Shown here one piece after another: positions 43,091 to 54,394 of a DNA stretch of 64,000 nucleotides (its first letter is position 1; every line of letters starts with the position of its first letter). Made by a program: the position numbers and the translations under genes. The stretch covers positions 1,184,001 through 1,248,000 of the forward strand of contig CBDAOY010000008.1 of the NCBI GenBank assembly GCA_965198225.1, given 5' to 3'. This DNA is from Terriglobia bacterium (lineage in GTDB: Bacteria; Acidobacteriota; Terriglobia; 20CM-2-55-15). The notes beneath the pieces were generated by a model that did not search any database, had not been told where the DNA came from, and saw only the letters and a program-made list of their open reading frames with translations.

Positions 43091-43741
43091 ATGAATGTTT
43101 CTTGCTTGGGCAGCATGGGTACAGCCCTGAATTACTTCTGTAGCGGAGCCCACAATGGCCGCAGATCAACGACTGGACAAGCAATTCTCGCTGTGCTCGT
43201 CGTAGTCGCAATCGCACCTCCGGCCTTCGGACAGGCGGCCGGAGATCCGCCGGTCGGCCGAGTATTTGCCGGGTACTCCTTCGCGAGCCAGGGCCCGGTG
43301 ACGCTCCACGGCTGGCACGCATCCGTTTTCTCGCAGGTCCGCGAGCGAGTGGGCATATTGATGGACTTTTCGGGGCACTACGTTTCTTCCGACTCCTCCG
43401 TCCTGGACCTGCTGGACGAAGTGGATTTCGACGTGCCGGACAATGCAGATTTCGGGTTCTACACCTACCGGTTCGGGCCTCAAATAAAGATTTTCGAGGG
43501 GAGCGCCGTGACGACGTTCGCCCAGATTCTAGTCGGCGGGAATTACGTCCAGGCGCTTGGCGTGGATGAGTCCGCCGGCGTTCACGGGTTCGCGCTCGCC
43601 GCGGGCGGTGGCGCGGACTGGAACATCAGCGAGAGCCTCGCGTTTCGTATCCCGCAATTTGACTACAGCCTCGTGCGGGTCGCGGGCGGAACCCTGGGTG
43701 GTTTCCGGGTGTCGACCGGCCTGGTGTTTCGATTTCGGTGA
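43091..43741 (+). CDS. Small outer-membrane beta-barrel protein (8-stranded OmpA/OmpW-like)
   Basis: Signal-like AILAVLVVVAIAPPAFG; VFAGYS, DFSGHY, YRFGP, GGGADW; terminal STGLVFRF. Start codon uncertain. Confidence 0.7.
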   Translation: MNVSCLGSMGTALNYFCSGAHNGRRSTTGQAILAVLVVVAIAPPAFGQAAGDPPVGRVFAGYSFASQGPVTLHGWHASVFSQVRERVGILMDFSGHYVSSDSSVLDLLDEVDFDVPDNADFGFYTYRFGPQIKIFEGSAVTTFAQILVGGNYVQALGVDESAGVHGFALAAGGGADWNISESLAFRIPQFDYSLVRVAGGTLGGFRVSTGLVFRFR

Positions 43742-43751
43742 GAGAAGCGTC

Positions 43752-44747
43752 GTGAACCAGCTCTCGGTGCAGCCAAGGAGACCGGGCATCGTCCTGGCCA
43801 TGCTCCTGCCGCTTGCCGGCGCCTTCCACGGCCAGGGACCCGATCCCGACTCGGGAGAAGCGAAGGCCATCACCTACCTCAGCCGGGAGGTTCCCGCCTG
43901 GTTCAGGGAGGCCAACTGCTTTTCCTGCCACAACAACGGAGACGCGGCTCGCGCCCTCTTCCTGGCCCGTACTCTCTCATACACCGTCCCCGATGCGGCG
44001 CTCGTCGATACCCTCGGTTGGCTGGTCGATCCGGCCGAGTGGGAAAACAGTCCCGGAGACCCCATCTTCAGCGACAAGAAGCTGGCCCGCATCCAGTTCG
44101 CCGCGGCTCTCGCGGCAGCTGTCGATGCCGGAATCGTTCGAGACGATACTGCGCTCGAGGAAGCAGCGGAAACACTCCTCGAGGATCAGGAAGCCGACGG
44201 ATCGTGGCATGTGGAAGGAGACGACGCCACCATCGGGTCCCCGGCGACATACGGGGCGGTCCTGGCGACCTACATGACGCGCAAGACGCTGGAGGCGGCC
44301 GACACCGAACGTTTCAGTGAGGCGATCGGCAGAGCCGACGAATGGCTACTCACCGCACCGCTGGGTCCGATCATGGACACCGCGGCATTGGTGCTGGGTC
44401 TGGGCGACAGGGCCGCGCTTGAGGCTCGCGCCAAGGTCGCTGAGGCGTTGACCAGGCTGTTGGACAGCCAGTCCAGCGACGGCGGATGGGGGCCCTACCC
44501 GATGACGCCGTCCGAGCCGTTCGACACCGCGCTGGTTCTCCTGGCTCTGGCTTCCCTGGACGAATCGTGGGATCCCCAACGCGTCGGCGAGGCCATCTCG
44601 GCCGGCCGGGGCTTTCTCCTCGACACGCAGTTCGCCGATGGAGGCTGGATCGAGACTACACGCCCGTCCGGATCCCAGAGTTACGCCGAACACATTTCCA
44701 CGACCGGTTGGGCGACACTGGCGCTGCTGAGGACGCTTCCTGACTAA
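43752..44747 (+). CDS. Secreted prenyltransferase/squalene-cyclase (alpha/alpha-barrel) repeat protein with a CxxCH motif
   Basis: Signal peptide; CFSCHN; three QW-type repeats (LLEDQEADGSW, LLDSQSSDGGW, LLDTQFADGGW); no DXDD motif. Confidence 0.72.
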   Translation: MNQLSVQPRRPGIVLAMLLPLAGAFHGQGPDPDSGEAKAITYLSREVPAWFREANCFSCHNNGDAARALFLARTLSYTVPDAALVDTLGWLVDPAEWENSPGDPIFSDKKLARIQFAAALAAAVDAGIVRDDTALEEAAETLLEDQEADGSWHVEGDDATIGSPATYGAVLATYMTRKTLEAADTERFSEAIGRADEWLLTAPLGPIMDTAALVLGLGDRAALEARAKVAEALTRLLDSQSSDGGWGPYPMTPSEPFDTALVLLALASLDESWDPQRVGEAISAGRGFLLDTQFADGGWIETTRPSGSQSYAEHISTTGWATLALLRTLPD

Positions 44748-44760
44748 TAGTCAGGAAGCT

Positions 44761-44824
44761 GTAGGCCGTAGGCCGTTATCCGTTGCGAGTTTCGTCACAT
44801 ACGGCCTACGAATAACGGCCTACG
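44761..44824. repeat. Inverted pair of CGTAGGC heptamer arrays between convergent genes
   Basis: gtaggccgtaggccgttatccgttg (+ strand) and tacggcctacgaataacggcctacg (motif on - strand). Confidence 0.78.
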
Positions 44825-44827
44825 TCT

Positions 44828-46018
44828 TCAAGGCTCAATCGTAAACGGTATAGACTCCGTCTCGGTCACACTAGCGTCATCCACCTCGAACACATCCACC
44901 TCGAACAGGCCGTTGAGCGCATTGCCGGCGAGATCCTCGAGTTCGGTTCCGACGACGAGTTCATAGGCTCCGGCCCGCCATGGGACATCTGGAAAGAACC
45001 TCCAACGCGTTTCGCCGGCGTCGATCTCGATTCGGCCCATCACGCTGTTGCCTCCGGCGTCGATGACCGCGATCAGTCGGTCGAGCAGCCCGCGGTCCAT
45101 CGGTTCGGGAAACCGCACGGTGAAGGCGGCAAAGGTGTTCGACTCCGGAGGGGCCATCTTCCAGGTCTCGAGGTCGGGCGCGACGTCATCGAACGGACCG
45201 CCGGTGAAGGTTTTCCGGTGCTCCGTCATCAGCGGCAGACCTGTCGCATCCAGCCATTCCCGGTCGATGACCAGGCTGTAGGTCTTGCCCTTCTCGATCG
45301 CCCTTCCCGCTTCGATGTTGGGTACCAGGCCGGTCTTGATGCGACCCGGGTCGAACAGTATCGTGAACCGCGTGAAATCGCGGTTCCACAACTCCTGTTC
45401 CAATTCGAGGAACGGCAGGGCGACTTCCTCTCCCGTTTCGACATCGAGCAGGTGAATCCTTTCGTAGGCTTCACCACGACTCATCGGTGCCGAAAACTGC
45501 AGGTAGAGTTTGAGCTGGTTCTCGGGTAGGACGCTGCTGGTCGGGTAGACGTGGTCGACGATCGTCGACGATTCCGTTTCCAAGCGAGGGATCTCGAAGA
45601 ATGCCACTACCCTGTCATCCCGCTCGGACAATCCCAGCACTCTCGGGCTGAACGAGGCGCGATATTTCAGCCCTGGGGATAGAGGGAAGCGCGGTCGAAA
45701 CACGAGCGCGTCGTTTTCGACGGCGTACGAACCCAGGATCGGAGGCACACCCAATGCCGAGCCTTCCACGAAGACGGCAAGCAGCTCATGCCACTCCAGT
45801 GTGTCCAGGCTCGAAGCGCGGTTCGATTCGGACCAACCGACAACCCTGAAGACCGGAGCTCCGGCTTCGGTCTCGAGTCGGATTTCAACGCTGCTCGACG
45901 GAGATTGTCCTGAGGAAAAGGAAGGAAGTGTCCAGACGGACACGAGCGCCAGGGTGGCGAGGCAAACCCTGAGAGTGATGATCACGGTCAAAGGCACGAC
46001 AGGCGCGAGCCGGTTCAC
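44828..46018 (-). CDS. Secreted hypothetical protein with Ig-like (Big_5-type) domains
   Basis: N-terminal hydrophobic segment; F.PRFPL.PG..Y, VYPT..VLPENQLKLYLQFSAPM, LFDPGRIK, F.EPMD, W.F.P..PW..G.Y, LEDLAGN. Confidence 0.6.
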   Translation of the reverse strand: MNRLAPVVPLTVIITLRVCLATLALVSVWTLPSFSSGQSPSSSVEIRLETEAGAPVFRVVGWSESNRASSLDTLEWHELLAVFVEGSALGVPPILGSYAVENDALVFRPRFPLSPGLKYRASFSPRVLGLSERDDRVVAFFEIPRLETESSTIVDHVYPTSSVLPENQLKLYLQFSAPMSRGEAYERIHLLDVETGEEVALPFLELEQELWNRDFTRFTILFDPGRIKTGLVPNIEAGRAIEKGKTYSLVIDREWLDATGLPLMTEHRKTFTGGPFDDVAPDLETWKMAPPESNTFAAFTVRFPEPMDRGLLDRLIAVIDAGGNSVMGRIEIDAGETRWRFFPDVPWRAGAYELVVGTELEDLAGNALNGLFEVDVFEVDDASVTETESIPFTIEP

Positions 46019-46055
46019 GGCTCGCGCACAGTCAGGAGAAAGTTTCTCGATCGAG

Positions 46056-47147
46056 CTACGGAAGCGCGATCGACATCAGATCCAGCGAGCCACTCTCGGC
46101 ACGAGACAGGATCAGCGCATGGCCATCGTCGAGACGGTCGAGCTGCTCCACGCCGCTCAACTCCAGCGTCTCGTAAGGAACCCCGGCCTTGTCGCCAATC
46201 CGGCTCTCGATGTGGTCATAGCCGTCCAGGTTCCTTGCGGGCATCTTCATGACGCCGCGGCTGCTGTTGCTCATCAGGATGTAATCCTGTCCGGCCTTGT
46301 TGTAGATGATCATGTCGAGCGGCCGGTTGCGGTTACCCAGTTCGGCGATCGTCCGTCCCAGGACCTTCTGGCCGGGCTGAAGATCCGATACCGGGAACGT
46401 CACCAGCGGTGTGCACGTGTATGCAGCCAGTATGTGGGGCTGGTTCTTGATGGTGTACGGCACGAAGGTCCGGACCGGAGAATTCGTTTCCAGCCGACCG
46501 TGGGCGCCGTGGTAGATCTCGATGCTGGTTCCGGCACCGGCGCTTGCGAAGGGGAATTCTACCGAACGCAGCTTCGATGAGAACTCTTCGTTCGAGAGCC
46601 CCGCGATAAACACTCGCCCGTCGACAAAAGCCATGTCCGTGATCGTCTGCAGACGGTTCTGGCCTCCGCGTCCGGAGCCCGGCGCCGGCGCATTCGACAG
46701 CGAGACTTTCGCGTGGTTCACTTTCTCGAGCGAAACCTCTTCCAACTTGCCCGCCGAGTCCATCCGCAGGATCATCGCCGCCGCATCCGGACCGCGACCG
46801 CGAGACACGGCCAGGTAGACTTTCTTCGAAATCGGGTTAACGGCCAGGTCGTTGATCAGAATCTGATCGGCAGCAGTACCCAGCATCCCAGCAACCTTTT
46901 CGTTGACGCCTTTGATGCTGACGTTGCCCGCTTTGCTCTCGACACGATCCATCGTGTCGATGGCATAAATCGCGGCGCCCATGGAATCGCCGATGAACAG
47001 GATGCCTTCGGGACCGAACGCCAGAGCTCCTGCCGACTGGATGTCGGCTTTGCCGGACTTCAGGCTGTCGGTGTAATCGCTGGCCATCGCCGCGGGTGCT
47101 GACAGCGCCACGACACACAGCACGCATACGATCGCGCGTAGTTTCAT
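46056..47147 (-). CDS. Secreted hypothetical protein, probable beta-propeller
   Basis: GGAGG RBS and signal peptide; blade-like motifs ALAFGPEGILFIGD, INDLAVNP.SKKVYL, ITDMAFVDGRVFI, PLDMIIY; also HGAHGRLET. Confidence 0.62.
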   Translation of the reverse strand: MKLRAIVCVLCVVALSAPAAMASDYTDSLKSGKADIQSAGALAFGPEGILFIGDSMGAAIYAIDTMDRVESKAGNVSIKGVNEKVAGMLGTAADQILINDLAVNPISKKVYLAVSRGRGPDAAAMILRMDSAGKLEEVSLEKVNHAKVSLSNAPAPGSGRGGQNRLQTITDMAFVDGRVFIAGLSNEEFSSKLRSVEFPFASAGAGTSIEIYHGAHGRLETNSPVRTFVPYTIKNQPHILAAYTCTPLVTFPVSDLQPGQKVLGRTIAELGNRNRPLDMIIYNKAGQDYILMSNSSRGVMKMPARNLDGYDHIESRIGDKAGVPYETLELSGVEQLDRLDDGHALILSRAESGSLDLMSIALP

Positions 47148-47237
47148 TTTCTCCTCCATTCAGTGTTCGGAATAATGGCCGTTAAGAGTCACTAACGATG
47201 TCATCCGGGGGCGGGTGAGTCAAGCCGAAAGGCCTCG

Positions 47238-47266
47238 TTGACTTGGTAGGTAACGGGGCTTAAGAT
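47238..47266 (+). promoter_or_regulatory. Sigma-70-type promoter of the hut operon
   Basis: TTGACT-N17-TAAGAT, 35 nt upstream of the hutU start. Confidence 0.6.
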
Positions 47267-47301
47267 CACAGCAAAATCAGGGAAGCGAGAGGACGGATCA
47301 C

Positions 47302-48967
<1,666 letters not shown>

Positions 48968-48975
<8 letters not shown>

Positions 48976-50476
48976 CCCGCCCTTAACCCTGGCGCACCTG
49001 TACACGGACCTGGAATCTTCAGTCACGGCCGTCGCGGAGGATCCCGACAAGGCGCGCGGATCGCGTGAAATCATCGACAAGGCTCTCGAGCAAGACCGGC
49101 CGTATTACGGCATCAACACGGGACTCGGCATACTGGCGCAGGAGCGCATCGAGCCACACCAACTGAAGCAGCTTCAGCGGAACCTGGTCCTGAGCCACGC
49201 CGTGGGCGTGGGCGAGCCGGTGTCCAAGGACATCAGCCGGATCATCCTCGGACTGAAGATCCACTCTCTCGGCCTTGGATTCTCGGGGGTCTCTCTCGGA
49301 ACCCTCGATCGGCTGATTGCGTTGTGGCAGCGAGACCTGATTCCGGTCATGCCGAGCCGGGGGAGCGTGGGAGCATCCGGTGACCTGGCACCGCTCGCAC
49401 ACATGGCTCTGCCCCTGCTCGGTGAAGGGGCTGTCTGGGACAGTGCGGGAGAGGCCGCAATTCCAGCCGGCGACGCACTGGAAGCCTCCGCGCTGGAACC
49501 GGTGGAATTACAGCCGAAGGACGGCCTGGCGCTGGTCAACGGGACGCAGTTCATGAGCGCATACGGCGCGTACGTTCTCGAACGCGCGGCCAGGCTGGCA
49601 ACGATGGCCGACGTCATCGCGGCGATGAGCCTCGAGGCGCTCCAGGGCAGCGTCAAGCCATTTGACGCGCGGATTCACGACGCGCGACCCCACCCGGGCC
49701 AGATCGCGGTTGCCGACAACGTGCGGTCGCTGCTCGCTGGGAGTGAGATCCTCGAGTCCCACAGAGATTGCGGTAAGGTCCAGGACCCTTACTGTCTGAG
49801 GTGCGTTCCGCAGGTTCATGGCGCGAGCCGCGACGCATTGGACCACGCCGGCTCGATCGTCGAGCGGGAAATCAACTCGGCGACGGACAATCCACTGGTC
49901 TTCGACGACGGAACGATCATCAGCGGTGGTAATTTTCACGGCCAGCCTGTGGCCCTCGCGTTGGACTACAGCGCCATGGCGCTGGCCGAACTGGCCAACA
50001 TTTCCGAGCGGCGCACCTACCTTCTGCTCGAAGGCCATGACGGCCTGCCCCGCTTGCTGATGAAGGAGACGGGCATCAATTCCGGTTTCATGGTTCCGCA
50101 GTACACGGCCGCGGCACTCGTGTCGGAAAACAAGATCCTCTGCCATCCGGCAAGCGTCGATTCAATTCCGACGAGCCTCGGCCAGGAGGACCACGTCAGC
50201 ATGGGGAGCATCAGCGCCGTCAAACTTCTGGATGTCTACCACAATGTCGAAACGGTCCTGAGCATCGAACTCTTCACCGCCGCCCAGGCGCTGGAATACC
50301 GGAAGCCGCTCCGACCCGGGAAAGGGGTGGAACTCGCGCATGACTTCGTTCGCTCTGTGGTGCCGCACACCGAAGTGGATCGCCGATTCGGCGACGACCT
50401 CGCACAGTGTCGGAAGCTCCTGGCAGAAACATCCCTCCTCGACGCCGTTGGCCGAGAGTTCGGAAGCCTCCACTGA
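48968..50476 (+). CDS. hutH: Histidine ammonia-lyase
   Basis: [21 protein letters not shown] (MIO Ala-Ser-Gly), [27 protein letters not shown]. Confidence 0.97.
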
Positions 50477-51726
50477 TGCCGGTCATCCGGAACGTCGGCG
50501 TTCTCGCCACCTGCCGTCGGGATGGCCCTCAGGACGAGCTTCACTCGATCCGGGACGCGGCAATGGCCTGGACCGACGACAGTATCCAGTGGGTTGGCGG
50601 CGATAGAGACCTTCCTACCCGTTTCGTCGATTGGAAAACGTGGCGCCTGCCTGCAAGCCTCGTCATCCCGGGCCTGGTCGACTGTCACACACATCTGGCT
50701 TTCGGAGGCTCGAGAGCCGACGAATTCGAAGCGCGCTCGCGCGGAACCAGCTACCTCGACATCGCTCGCGCCGGTGGTGGCATTCGTCGAACGGTCGGAC
50801 AGACGTGTGACAGCAGTTCCGAGGAGCTTTTCGATCGCTGCCTGAGGTTCCTGTCGGAGATGGGATCGCTCGGGGTAACGACGGTGGAATGCAAGAGCGG
50901 GTACGGGCTGAGCTGCGAAGACGAACTCAAACTGCTGGAGGTCTACCGCAGACTCGACGAGAGGCAACCACTCCGAGTGATCTCTACGTTCCTCGGCGCC
51001 CACACCCTACCTCTCGAGTACGAACAAGACCGAGTCGCTTACGTGGATCTCGTGCGGGAACAAATGATTCCGACGGTCGCCCAAGGCAACCTGGCTCGAT
51101 TCTGCGATGTCTTCGTCGAAGACTCCGCCTTCACGGTCGCAGAAGCGCGGGCAATCTTCCAGACAGCGGCTGAACATGGCCTCCGCCCGCGGCTTCACGC
51201 CGACCAATTGAGTGATGGTGGCGGGGCCGCCCTGGCTGCCGAGGTCGGTGCGGCTTCGGCGGATCACCTCGAGCACGCGTCCGACGCGGGAGTCGCTGCA
51301 CTCTCGCGGGCCGGCGTGGTCGCCGTCAGCCTGCCTCTCGCCTCGCTCTACCTGCGGCAGCCTCCCCTCGAAGCGCGACGGCTGATCGATGCCGGAGTAG
51401 CGGTCGCTGTTGCGACGGATTTCAACCCTGGATCCGCGCCGAGCTTCCACCTCCCCCTTGCGATGACGCTGGCCTGCACGACACAGGGAATGACGCCGGG
51501 CGAAGCGCTCAAAGGAGCGACGCTGATCGCGGCCCGCTCCCTGGACCTCGAGGAAAAGGTGGGATCGCTCGAGGTAGGCAAAGCTGCCGATTTCGCCGTG
51601 ATCGATGCGCCGGACGTCAATCACTGGCTGTGCCATTTCAGGGCGAATGCCTGCGAGGCGACCTTTGCCGGCGGCCGTCTGATTCACGGAAGCGAGAACA
51701 TGGACGAGGGAATCGCCGACGGCTGA
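50476..51726 (+). CDS. hutI: Imidazolonepropionase
   Basis: PGLVDCHTHL.FGG.RA.EF, E.KSGYGL, FLGAH, HADQL, ATDFNPG; TGATG coupling to hutH. Confidence 0.96.
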   Translation: MPVIRNVGVLATCRRDGPQDELHSIRDAAMAWTDDSIQWVGGDRDLPTRFVDWKTWRLPASLVIPGLVDCHTHLAFGGSRADEFEARSRGTSYLDIARAGGGIRRTVGQTCDSSSEELFDRCLRFLSEMGSLGVTTVECKSGYGLSCEDELKLLEVYRRLDERQPLRVISTFLGAHTLPLEYEQDRVAYVDLVREQMIPTVAQGNLARFCDVFVEDSAFTVAEARAIFQTAAEHGLRPRLHADQLSDGGGAALAAEVGAASADHLEHASDAGVAALSRAGVVAVSLPLASLYLRQPPLEARRLIDAGVAVAVATDFNPGSAPSFHLPLAMTLACTTQGMTPGEALKGATLIAARSLDLEEKVGSLEVGKAADFAVIDAPDVNHWLCHFRANACEATFAGGRLIHGSENMDEGIADG

Positions 51727-52832
51727 ACCCGGCGCAACCAGAGGTTGAAGATCTCGCCGGCCTCCGGCTCGATCACCCTCAGGAGCGCAGATCCGGATTC
51801 CATGAAATCCACAACCATGAATCCGGTATGCAGGTGAGCAAACAGCGTGTCCTCCCCATGGCTGACCGGACTGGTCTTCGCCGCGGAGCCGCTGATCAGC
51901 ACATAGTCGACGAGTTCCCCCTCCAGCACCTGCAGGCTGTGTTCATGCCCCGCCGCGAAAAGCAGGAGCCCTTCACCCACCGGGCGTCGAGAGAAAGCGC
52001 TATTGATGTCATCGACCATGCGGCGGTAGGCCGAGGCGTTGAAGTCCTGATCACGCAGCGGCAACTTTCGGGAGAGGGCGATCACGGTGCCGATGATGGG
52101 TGGGAGCAGATGATCCTTCCAGTCGGAAAAACCGGAATGCCGGCCGTACCCGCCCAGTGGATGGTGGGCGGCAACGACAACGTCGAGGTCGGTGTCGAGC
52201 AGTTCGACGAGACGGTCGACGACGGCCTCGCGGTTCGGTTGCGGGCATTCGCTGGTCGGCTTCTCGCCTTTCTGGAGCCACCACTGGGTGTCGAGTGCGA
52301 TGATCCGCACACCCTGGAGGAGGTCGAGTAAGGCGGGTCCCGGACAACCGTTTTTCGGGAGGAAGTTGTCCATCCCCGGCATGTGCTGGTTGACGTACCG
52401 CGCCTGGGCGACGACGGCGTCGTAGCCCTCGTCTTCGTCACCACTGGCCCAGTCATGGTTTCCAGGAAGAAACACTCCACGAGCGCCGCTTTCGGTGACC
52501 GCTTCGATCTGGGGCAGCAGGCGGGCGTCGGCCTCCCCTCGACGCCGCTCGGTCATCCCTTCCGGATACATGTTGTCGCCCAGGTAGAGAACGATCGTTT
52601 TCTCCGGCGTGCGGGATGCCCACTCCGACACTTCGTCGAGGACGGGAGTGTCCGTTTCGCCCGCGTCCCCAACGAGTAGAATTCGATTTCGGATCGAATC
52701 CGTCGGGGAAGCCGGTCGAGTCTCAGCGGGAGACAGTGCGCCCGGGCGGAAGTACGGGTTCGTGTGGCTGCAGGCGGCCCCCGGGATGAAGCACGCCAGG
52801 ACAATTACACGAAGACGCGTGCGTTTACCCAT
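51684..52832 (-). CDS. Calcineurin-like metallophosphoesterase, probable lipoprotein
   Basis: Signal ending GAAC; GDAG, YLGDNMYP, PGNHDW, HHP and GHEH metal-binding motifs. Confidence 0.88.
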   Translation of the reverse strand: MGKRTRLRVIVLACFIPGAACSHTNPYFRPGALSPAETRPASPTDSIRNRILLVGDAGETDTPVLDEVSEWASRTPEKTIVLYLGDNMYPEGMTERRRGEADARLLPQIEAVTESGARGVFLPGNHDWASGDEDEGYDAVVAQARYVNQHMPGMDNFLPKNGCPGPALLDLLQGVRIIALDTQWWLQKGEKPTSECPQPNREAVVDRLVELLDTDLDVVVAAHHPLGGYGRHSGFSDWKDHLLPPIIGTVIALSRKLPLRDQDFNASAYRRMVDDINSAFSRRPVGEGLLLFAAGHEHSLQVLEGELVDYVLISGSAAKTSPVSHGEDTLFAHLHTGFMVVDFMESGSALLRVIEPEAGEIFNLWLRRVQPSAIPSSMFSLP

Positions 52833-53054
52833 ACCTGGAGTGTAGTGATAAGATCGGCGCGCGGTCAAACGCCCAACTTTACAGTCCGGGGGCAGGTTGG
52901 GTATTCTCGGACGCGGAGAGGCATCGGGATGACACAGATCCTCTACTGTCCTGTCGCAGGCTTTCGTTGACGGGTATTTCTTGGGTTTTCCGGACTATCG
53001 TTCACACTCTTAGTTCAGATACGGGTTAGGGCCAGAGATCCGCATAATCTCATC

Positions 53055-54381
53055 ATGAATCTCGGAACGCAGGATTGGCACGCCAGGGACGGAGGAGCGA
53101 TCCAGCAGGGGCAGACCACGCAGGCACAACTCAGGCGACGGTTGGTCGGGTCCGGCAGGCTCAGAGTGTTCGTTTTGTCGGTGCTACTGATTCTCCTGGG
53201 GATTCCCGCGATGCCTCCCCTGTATGCCCAGTCAACCCGCGCGGAAAAGATTCAGGCCGAACGCCGGGACAAGGCAGCCACATCCCAACCAGAGCGCGTT
53301 TCGAAAACCGAAGGTCGCCTGAACGCGATCAAAGACAAGAAGCTGTTGGAACGTCTCGCTTTCGGATACCACGGGCTGACCGTGGTGCTTGGCGGCCTGG
53401 GGACCGGACAGGGCTTCGCGTTGGGACCACAGTACCTCCGATCGGATCTGGGAGACGGCAGTCCTGATCCGGAGTTCAGCCCGCTATGCCTTCGCAGAGG
53501 CGTATCTCGCGGATGCGGTGCTGTCGATGCCACACCTGGCTAACGACAGGCTGTTTCTGGACTTCGCCGGTCAGCACCGGAACTACCCGCGCATCGACTA
53601 CTACGGTCCGGGTATGGATTCGAAAGAGTCTGATCGGACACACTTCCGTCTCGAAGACACGGCGCTCGACGCAACGGTCGGCGTACGGCCCGTCGGGCCG
53701 CTGAGTCTGGGCGCGACGGTTGGCGCCCTGTTCGTCAACACCGGTCCCGGGAACCTCGGCTCGTCCAGGCCGCGCACCGAGGACGTCTTCTCTCCCGCAG
53801 CAATCCCGGGACTCGCCGATCAGACCAACTTTCTGAGAGGGGCCGCCTTCATCCAGTTGGACTACCGGGATAATCCGGGAGGCCCCCGAACGGGCGGTAA
53901 TTACGTGGCCCGGTACACCTACTTCGATGATCGCGAACTCGAGCGTCACGATTTTCGGCGCCTGGACGTCGAGCTACAACAGTACGTTCCCTTCTTCAAC
54001 GGGCGACGGGTGATTGCCCTCCGTGCCCGTACGATCCTCACGTATCCGAACGGCGATGCCAGCGTGCCATTCTACATGCAGACGGTGCTCGGAGGCTCGG
54101 ACGACCTGAGAGGCTTCCGTCCATATCGTTTCTACGGCGATCATCAGATCCTTTTGAACGCCGAATACCGCTGGGAGTCGTTTACAGGTCTTGAGATGGC
54201 GGCTTTTTTTGATGCCGGGAAGGTCGTTCCAGAGCGTTCCGACATCAACTTCCGGGATCTTGAAACTTCGGCGGGCTTCGGCTTTCGTTTCAACGTGCGT
54301 AACAACACGTTCATACGCATCGACACCGGATTCAGCCGGGAGGGCTTCTTAGTATGGTTCAAGTTCGCGAATCCTTTTTGA
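53055..54381 (+). CDS. Omp85 (BamA/TamA-type) beta-barrel without POTRA domains; frameshift at about 53458-53461
   Basis: LGG...LRGF..YRF (VRGF-like lid motif), NAEYRW, FFDAGKV, GFGFRF, C-terminal F. The N-terminal ORF (signal, AQSTRAEKI) and the barrel ORF overlap out of frame. Confidence 0.8.
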
Positions 54382-54394
54382 GAGGAATCATCGG

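Noticed and set aside
43752-44747. Squalene-hopene cyclase
   Set aside because: Only about 330 aa, has a signal peptide and lacks the DXDD catalytic motif.
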